NCBI GenBank assembly: GCA_043778225.1
Contig: JAYWGM010000105.1
Location: forward strand, 1-11,970
Direction: 5' to 3'
Source: Deinococcales bacterium
GTDB lineage: Bacteria > Deinococcota > Deinococci > Deinococcales > JAAFIG01
Length of the DNA: 11,970 nucleotides
This document shows, piece by piece, positions 6,243-11,970 of the stretch (position 1 is the first letter of the stretch; each line of letters begins with the position of its first letter). The notes under the pieces are model-generated. The model was not told the origin of the DNA and did no database searches. It saw only the letters and a list, made by a program, of their open reading frames with translations. The position numbers and the translations under genes are program-made.

Positions 6243-9200
6243 ATGTCCGAAGCGTTGCTGCGTACTTTTTTTGACTTAGCCACTTTTAAGCGTGGGCAAC
6301 TTATTCGCTCTCGAGTCCGAAAAGTTCAGTTAAAAGTGGCTCGAGATGGTACAGAAAGTCTGGTTGGTGTGGTTGGCGGCTCAAATAACGAAAAGTACGA
6401 TGTTGAAGTCAGCCTGACTCGAGATATAGATGGCGACCTGCAAGAACTTGAGGGTGTTTGCGATTGCCCGATGGGTTGGGATTGTAAACACACTGTAGCG
6501 CTGCTGCTCGAGGCGCTGGCACGAAATGTCTGGACGCTTGAGCCAAAAGAACGACCCGACCCGTTCGAGCGCTTAAAATTGTTGAACAGCAATCAATCCG
6601 TGGAAATCATTGCGCCTAAGGCAGAATTGGACAAAACTTTGAATACTTGGCTCTCGAATGCACCAAAAAAGAATAATTCTCAAGACACCGCCGCCAAACA
6701 AACCCTGCTTTTTTCTTTGGCGCTTAAAAATGGCTCGGTGGTCTACGAAGTCTGGAATGCTCGGCTGGGCAGTAAAGGCTGGACGGAGATTAAGCCGTAC
6801 CGACTGCCCCACAGCCTCGAGCAACTGCCCGGTTATGCCAAGCGCGACCGCGCCTTGTTGCAAGCCTTTCAAGCCACCCACAACAACCGTTATGGGGGTT
6901 CAAGCGAATTTATTCTCGAGGACACCGACCTGGTGGCATATTTGCTCGAGCGTATTTTGGCAACCGAGCGTTGTTACTGGGGAAACCCACAACACAAAAT
7001 ACTGCTGCTAAAAGGTTCGGCACGGGTGGGGACACCCACTTGGGCAATCGAGTCTAACGGTTCGCAGCGTCCGATGTTTGATACCACACCCACAAGCCAT
7101 GCGGTGCTGCCGTTTACGCCACTGTGCTATGTCGATACCGAACGTGGTGAACTTGGACAACTCGAAAGCCAACTCGAGCCAGCCGCCGCCAAGCACTTTG
7201 CCAGTTGCCCGCCAATTTTGCCCGAAATGCTTTTTGCTTTCCGCGATGCGCTGCGCCAGCGCTTTCCGACCATTCCAGAACCCGATTCGATGAATACCCG
7301 CGATATTGTGCTGCCTAGCCGCACAATCATGACCTTAAAATCGCAAAAAGCCACCCAGTCTTGGCAAGCCGACTTGCACTACGCGACCCTCGAGTTTGAA
7401 TACGGACAGTTGCGAATTCCCGAAGGCGATAAACGCGAACTGGTGTCTTTTCAAGATGGCATCTTAGAACGAATTAAGCGCAATCCCGATATGGAGCGCA
7501 ATGCGGTCATGAGTTTACAAGCCCTGAGTTTTAATAAAGCCGTGGCGAACACCATTCCCAAAGTGCAACACGCTTGGACTTTTGGGGCTGGGACAAACAC
7601 CAACGATGCGTGGCTGGATTTTTTGAACCGCTTTGTGCCGACCCTCCAAGAACTTGGCTGGACAATTCTCGAGGACAATAGCTGGGCATTTAAGATTGCT
7701 CAGATTTCGGATTGGTACGGTAGCATCGAAGATAAAAACGATTGGTTTGGACTCGAGCTTGGCGTGATTGTGGACAACAAAGAAATCAGTCTGCTGCCGA
7801 TTTTAAGTGGCATGATTGAACGCTTACCCAAAGATTTTACGCTCGAAAAACTCAAAGCCTTACCCGATAAACATATCTTTTATGCCACCCTGCCCGATAA
7901 ACGAATGTTGGCACTGCCAGCTGCTCGGGTGCGGGTGGTGCTTGGGGTGCTGCTCGAACTCTACTCCGAGCGACCCAAAGGTGCACTGCGACTGAGTATT
8001 TTTGATGCCACCCGCTTACTCGAGCTTCAAGAAGCACTGCAAGTTCGTTGGCATGGTGCAGACCGCTTGCTTGAATTGGCACAAAAACTGCGCTCGTTTG
8101 CTGGAATTGCTGCCCAAGAAGCACCTAAAAAACTCGAGGCAACCTTGCGCCCTTATCAACTCGAGGGTGTGGCATGGTTGCAATTTTTGCGCGAATACGA
8201 CTTGGCGGGGGTACTCGCTGACGACATGGGCTTGGGTAAAACGGTTCAGGCTTTGGCACATTTACTGCTCGAGCAACAGGCTGGGCGCTTAAAAAACCCC
8301 GCGATGGTGGTCATGCCAACCAGTTTAGTGACCAATTGGAAACTCGAGACCGCCCGCTTTGCGCCGAGTCTAAAGGTGGCGATTCTGCATGGGCAATCGC
8401 GTGACCACAGCGCCCTCGAAGGGGCAGATTTAATCCTTACGACCTACCCAATTTTGCTGCGCGATTTTGATAAGCTCAAAAAGAAAAAATTCCACACCAT
8501 CATCCTTGATGAAGCCCAGTACATCAAAAATGCCAAAAGCAGCACCGCCCAAGCCGCCAGTGCCTTGAAAGCCGAACACCGCTTATGTCTGACTGGCACA
8601 CCGCTCGAGAATCATCTTGGTGAACTCTGGAGCATTTACAACTTTTTGATGCCCGGTTTTCTGGGCGACGACACCAGTTTTAAGCAAACCTACCGCACCC
8701 CCATCGAGCGCGGTGGCGATACCCACCGCCGCGATGTGCTGGCTCGGCGGGTCAAGCCGTTTTTACTGCGCCGCAGCAAGACCGATGTCGCAAAAGAACT
8801 GCCCGAAAAAACCGAAATTATTGTGCCACTCGAGCTTCAAGCCAGTCAGCGCGACCTCTATGAAACCATCCGTGTGGCGGTCAGCGACCGCATCCGCGAA
8901 GAAGTGGCGAGTAAAGGTTTAGCACGTTCGCAAATTGTGGTTTTGGATGCGCTCTTGAAGTTACGCCAAGCTTGTTGTGACCCGCGTCTGGTCAAACTCG
9001 AGCAAGCCAAAAGCGTGACCCACAACGCCAAACTTGAATGGCTCAAGGAAAACTTGCCGCCGTTAATCGAAGATGGTCGTAAAGTTCTTTTGTTTAGTGC
9101 TTTTGCCTCGTTGCTTGGAAATCTCGAGCAAACAATGACCCAATTGGGCATACCATACTCTAAACTGACAGGGCAGACCAAAGACCGAGCCAAACAAATC

Positions 9201-9536
9201 AATGCTTTTCAAGACGGACAAACCAGTGTCTTTTTAATCAGCTTAAAAGCAGGTGGTGTCGGCTTAAACTTAACGGCTGCCGATACGGTCATTCATTTTG
9301 ACCCATGGTGGAATCCAGCCGCCGAAAACCAAGCCACCGACCGCGCTCACCGCATTGGGCAAACCAAAAAAGTCTTTGTCTATAAGCTGATTACCCAAGG
9401 CAGCCTAGAGCAAAAAATTCTCGAGCTGCAACAGCGCAAAGCTGAACTGGCACGCGGTATTCTCGAGGGTGGACTGAGCAGTGCCGTGGCACTGACCCAA
9501 GACGACTTAACCCAATTGCTTGCGCCTTTGGCTTAG
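6243..9536 (+). CDS. SNF2-family (SWI2/SNF2) helicase/ATPase with N-terminal SWIM zinc finger
   Basis: SWIM CDCPMGWDCKH, motif I LADDMGLGKT, II DEAQ, III LTGTPLEN, V SLKAGGVGLNL, VI QATDRAHRIGQ. Confidence 0.95.
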   Translation: MSEALLRTFFDLATFKRGQLIRSRVRKVQLKVARDGTESLVGVVGGSNNEKYDVEVSLTRDIDGDLQELEGVCDCPMGWDCKHTVALLLEALARNVWTLEPKERPDPFERLKLLNSNQSVEIIAPKAELDKTLNTWLSNAPKKNNSQDTAAKQTLLFSLALKNGSVVYEVWNARLGSKGWTEIKPYRLPHSLEQLPGYAKRDRALLQAFQATHNNRYGGSSEFILEDTDLVAYLLERILATERCYWGNPQHKILLLKGSARVGTPTWAIESNGSQRPMFDTTPTSHAVLPFTPLCYVDTERGELGQLESQLEPAAAKHFASCPPILPEMLFAFRDALRQRFPTIPEPDSMNTRDIVLPSRTIMTLKSQKATQSWQADLHYATLEFEYGQLRIPEGDKRELVSFQDGILERIKRNPDMERNAVMSLQALSFNKAVANTIPKVQHAWTFGAGTNTNDAWLDFLNRFVPTLQELGWTILEDNSWAFKIAQISDWYGSIEDKNDWFGLELGVIVDNKEISLLPILSGMIERLPKDFTLEKLKALPDKHIFYATLPDKRMLALPAARVRVVLGVLLELYSERPKGALRLSIFDATRLLELQEALQVRWHGADRLLELAQKLRSFAGIAAQEAPKKLEATLRPYQLEGVAWLQFLREYDLAGVLADDMGLGKTVQALAHLLLEQQAGRLKNPAMVVMPTSLVTNWKLETARFAPSLKVAILHGQSRDHSALEGADLILTTYPILLRDFDKLKKKKFHTIILDEAQYIKNAKSSTAQAASALKAEHRLCLTGTPLENHLGELWSIYNFLMPGFLGDDTSFKQTYRTPIERGGDTHRRDVLARRVKPFLLRRSKTDVAKELPEKTEIIVPLELQASQRDLYETIRVAVSDRIREEVASKGLARSQIVVLDALLKLRQACCDPRLVKLEQAKSVTHNAKLEWLKENLPPLIEDGRKVLLFSAFASLLGNLEQTMTQLGIPYSKLTGQTKDRAKQINAFQDGQTSVFLISLKAGGVGLNLTAADTVIHFDPWWNPAAENQATDRAHRIGQTKKVFVYKLITQGSLEQKILELQQRKAELARGILEGGLSSAVALTQDDLTQLLAPLA

Positions 9537-9581
9537 GTAACACCAGCTTAGAAGTGGCTTGTAACACCAGCTTAGAAGTGG
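9537..9581. repeat. Tandem direct repeat, 2 x 21 bp identical (GTAACACCAGCTTAGAAGTGG), 24-bp period
   Basis: Copies at 9537-9557 and 9561-9581, starting immediately after the helicase stop codon. Confidence 0.95.
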
Positions 9582-9661
9582 TGTAAATCTCGAGTGCTTA
9601 CCGCAGCCAAATTGCCTCATTTGACCCACAACGCTCACATTTTTAGACTAGAATACTGCTT

Positions 9662-10084
9662 GTGAGTATTACCCGCGACACCCGACCCGTAGACCCCGTG
9701 CAACAAGCGCAGCGTGGGCAACTCGATGCTTTGGTCAACGAGCTTCGTCAATTACACAGTATGTTGTTGGATGCGGTCAAAGCCGACTATGAAAAACTCA
9801 ATGGCAAAACCCAAGGACCATTTCATATGTTTCAATTGGTCACCAACGACCCATTTTTTCAGTGGCTGCGCCCCTTGAGCGCCATGATGGCAACCATAGA
9901 CGAAATGACTGACGAAAAACGCTTACTCGAGCGCACTGAACTCGAGCAAATTCAAAATCTGGTCGATACCTTGCTTGCGCCAACCGAACCCGCTTTTGGC
10001 ATTAACCTCGATATTCGAGCCTCGGACAGCGCCACCATTGAAGATAAACGGGCTGGAATTCTGGGTTTAATCAAAACCTTATGA
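9662..10084 (+). CDS. Hypothetical helical protein, 140 aa
   Basis: TAGAAT 7 nt before the GTG start. Protein-like sequence (LHSMLLD...YEKLNG...FQLVTNDPFFQWLRPLS...IDE) resembling a widespread uncharacterised family from memory. ATGA coupling to the next ORF. Confidence 0.8.
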   Translation: MSITRDTRPVDPVQQAQRGQLDALVNELRQLHSMLLDAVKADYEKLNGKTQGPFHMFQLVTNDPFFQWLRPLSAMMATIDEMTDEKRLLERTELEQIQNLVDTLLAPTEPAFGINLDIRASDSATIEDKRAGILGLIKTL

Positions 10085-10278
10085 CCGAGCCAGAAGTGCA
10101 GGATGATGATGCCAGTCTCGAGCAGGATGATGATGATGCCAGTCTCGAGCAGGATGATGATGATGCCAGTCTCGAGCAAGATGATGATGCCAGTCTCGAG
10201 CAAGATGATGAGACCCGTCCAGACCGAGCCACGGGAAAATCCGACCCGTGGCATGGCTTAGACGACTTCGAGGACTAG
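10081..10278 (+). CDS. 65-aa highly acidic repeat peptide ((D)DDDASLEQ x4)
   Basis: The ATG overlaps the upstream stop (ATGA). The TAG ends 1 nt before the pyrD ATG. Repeat unit lengths of 24/27 bp preserve frame. Confidence 0.6.
   Translation: MTEPEVQDDDASLEQDDDDASLEQDDDDASLEQDDDASLEQDDETRPDRATGKSDPWHGLDDFED
10099..10209 (+). repeat. Coding tandem repeat, 4 units of 24 or 27 bp: (GAT)3-4 GCCAGTCTCGAGCAR
   Basis: Directly visible. CTCGAG occurs at 10117, 10144, 10171 and 10195. Confidence 0.95.
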
Positions 10279-10279
10279 A

Positions 10280-11290
10280 ATGTACGCCCTCTTCAAGCCT
10301 TTGCTTTTTTCGCTGGATGCCGAGACAGTTCATGATCACGTGATGGGCTTACTCGAGCTTGTGGCTCGTAACAAGCCGCTGCTTGGGCTTACCGAGCGCT
10401 TTTGCCAAATCACCGACCAAAGGCTCGAGTGCATGGGTTTACATTTTCCTAATCCAATTGGACTGGCTGCCGGATTAGACAAAAATGCGCTGGCTTTGCC
10501 GATTTGGGCAGCCTTGGGGTTTGGTTTTGTCGAAATCGGCAGTATCACGGCACAGCCGCAAAATGGCAACGAGAAGCCACGGCTTTTTCGTTTCCCTCAA
10601 GACAACGCCCTGATTAACCGTATGGGATTTAATAACCACGGTGCAAAAATTGTGGCAGCGCGGCTCGAGCTTTGGCGACACACCCATGGGCAATCCAAAG
10701 TGCCAGTTGGTGTCAACCTTGGCAAAAGTAAAATCACACCACTCGAGAACGCCCCCCAAGATTACTTAGACAGCCTGCGTCGGCTTTGGGAGTATGGCGA
10801 TTATTTTGTCTTGAATGTTTCGAGTCCAAATACACCAAATCTACGGCAACTCCAAGACCGCGCCCCGCTTGAGGAATTACTGAGCACGGTCATGAATTTT
10901 GTCAAAACCCAAGTCGTACCTAAACCAATCGCCTTAAAAATCGCGCCCGACTTAACTTGGACGCAAATAGACGAAATCCTCGAGCTTGCGCTGCTGTATG
11001 GTTTAAGTGCGATTATTGCCACCAACACCACGATTGCTCGAGAAGGCTTAACGACTGCAACCACCGAAAGTGGTGGGCTATCGGGGCAACCGCTCAAAGC
11101 CCGCTCGCTCGAGGTGCTGCGCTATTTAACCAAAGTGCAAGCGCTGCCAATTATTTCGGTCGGCGGTATTGCCAGCACCCAAGATGTCCAAGAACGGCTC
11201 GAGGCAGGAGCGGCTTTGGTGCAATTGTACAGTGGCTTTATTTTTGAAGGTCCGATGCTGCCCAGTCAAATGGCTCGAGGCTTACTTTAA
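10280..11290 (+). CDS. pyrD: Quinone-dependent dihydroorotate dehydrogenase (class 2)
   Basis: Motifs NPIGLAAGLDKN, LINRMGFNN, NVSSPNTP (catalytic Ser), KIAPDL, TNTT, GGLSG, VGGI, VQLYS. GAGGA SD upstream. Confidence 0.96.
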   Translation: MYALFKPLLFSLDAETVHDHVMGLLELVARNKPLLGLTERFCQITDQRLECMGLHFPNPIGLAAGLDKNALALPIWAALGFGFVEIGSITAQPQNGNEKPRLFRFPQDNALINRMGFNNHGAKIVAARLELWRHTHGQSKVPVGVNLGKSKITPLENAPQDYLDSLRRLWEYGDYFVLNVSSPNTPNLRQLQDRAPLEELLSTVMNFVKTQVVPKPIALKIAPDLTWTQIDEILELALLYGLSAIIATNTTIAREGLTTATTESGGLSGQPLKARSLEVLRYLTKVQALPIISVGGIASTQDVQERLEAGAALVQLYSGFIFEGPMLPSQMARGLL

Positions 11291-11970
11291 GCGCCACCGA
11301 TTTTGGGCAATAAATTTGGCGGTGAAAACCCTGGCTCGAGGTTGGGTTTAGCACTTTCGGGTTCTTCGGGCAAAAATCCACCATCAAAAACCGTCGTGAA
11401 CTCTTCGCCATTTAAGGTTTCGCGCTCGAGTAGGGCAGCCACAACTCTATCCATGGCGTTTCGGTTTTGCTCGAGTAAGTGCTTGACTTTTTTGTACTGT
11501 ATTTCGATGATGCTTTTGACTTCGGCATCGATGGCTTGGGCAGTGGCATTGCTGTAGTTACGGCTTTCCGAGCCATAACCCAGATAATTTTGTGATTCCT
11601 CAATCAGTGCCACATGACCCAGCGTCTGGCTCATGCCCCACTCGGCAACCATGCGTTTAGCAATGCTGGTGGCACGTTGAAAATCGTTTTGTGCGCCGGT
11701 CGTAACTTCATCAAATTGTAGTTCTTCAGCAACCCGCCCCGCCAAAAAAACCGCGATGCTATCGAGCAGTCTGGATTTACTGTAATGCTGAGTCTCACTG
11801 GGTAACGGCATCATGTAGCCAGCCGCTCCACCACGCGGCACAATCGTCAGTTTATGCACCCTATCCGACAATGGCAACAAATGCGCCGCAATCGCATGAC
11901 CAACTTCATGGTATGCCGTGATTAACTTATCCTCGAGCAATATCACCCTCGACTTTCGGGCTGCCCCCAT
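11287..11970 (-). CDS. ftsH: ATP-dependent zinc metalloprotease FtsH, C-terminal M41 peptidase part (5' truncated by the window edge)
   Basis: TAYHEVGH zinc motif, TIVPRG, LAGRVAEE, TTGAQND, WGMS, LLERETL. Confidence 0.95.
   Translation of the reverse strand: MGAARKSRVILLEDKLITAYHEVGHAIAAHLLPLSDRVHKLTIVPRGGAAGYMMPLPSETQHYSKSRLLDSIAVFLAGRVAEELQFDEVTTGAQNDFQRATSIAKRMVAEWGMSQTLGHVALIEESQNYLGYGSESRNYSNATAQAIDAEVKSIIEIQYKKVKHLLEQNRNAMDRVVAALLERETLNGEEFTTVFDGGFLPEEPESAKPNLEPGFSPPNLLPKIGGA

Larger units (their letters stand above)
423..11937. repeat. Dispersed highly iterated palindrome CTCGAG (about 80 copies)
   Basis: A manual line-by-line count gave 80 occurrences, first at 423 and last at 11932. 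Random expectation is about 3 (11965/4096 at about 50% GC). Confidence 0.95.

Noticed and set aside
6243..9536. SNF2 helicase as part of an anti-phage defence system (e.g. Zorya ZorD or DISARM-like)
   Set aside because: No partner defence genes are adjacent. It is flanked by housekeeping genes and carries the same CTCGAG density as its neighbours, consistent with a long-resident gene.
9952..10339. Minus-strand repeat ORFs (IILLETG repeats; His-rich ARDWHHHH repeats)
   Set aside because: Antisense shadows of the Asp-rich repeat that overlap plus-strand genes. The plus-strand frame is the one coupled to both neighbours.
856..11603. Numerous 60-120 aa alternative-frame and antisense ORFs in the track
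   Set aside because: Nearly all lie within well-supported genes and show no recognisable motifs or start signals.

Overview
Bacterial chromosomal window of roughly 50% GC. It is probably Deinococcota (Deinococcales-like), an inference from my recollection of RlmN/MltG sequence style and from several leaderless-type TANNNT-N6-9-ATG starts. A minus-strand run reads hybrid histidine kinase (REC-HisKA-HATPase with an N-terminal helical domain), EamA/DMT transporter, hypothetical protein, rlmN. It is followed by two tiny membrane-peptide ORFs absent from the ORF track: a clear kdpF (27 aa) and a coupled 25-aa peptide. After a divergent AT-rich intergenic region, the plus strand carries a small C-terminally anchored protein, mltG, a SWIM-SNF2 helicase, a hypothetical protein, an Asp-rich repeat peptide and pyrD. 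The 3' end of ftsH converges from the right edge. The most striking feature is the palindrome CTCGAG: about 80 copies by manual count versus about 3 expected, in all reading frames and in intergenic DNA, resembling a HIP1-like highly iterated palindrome. Also present are a structured kdpF leader, a diverged tandem structured element downstream of kdpF, and four unrelated short tandem duplications with 24-27 bp units.
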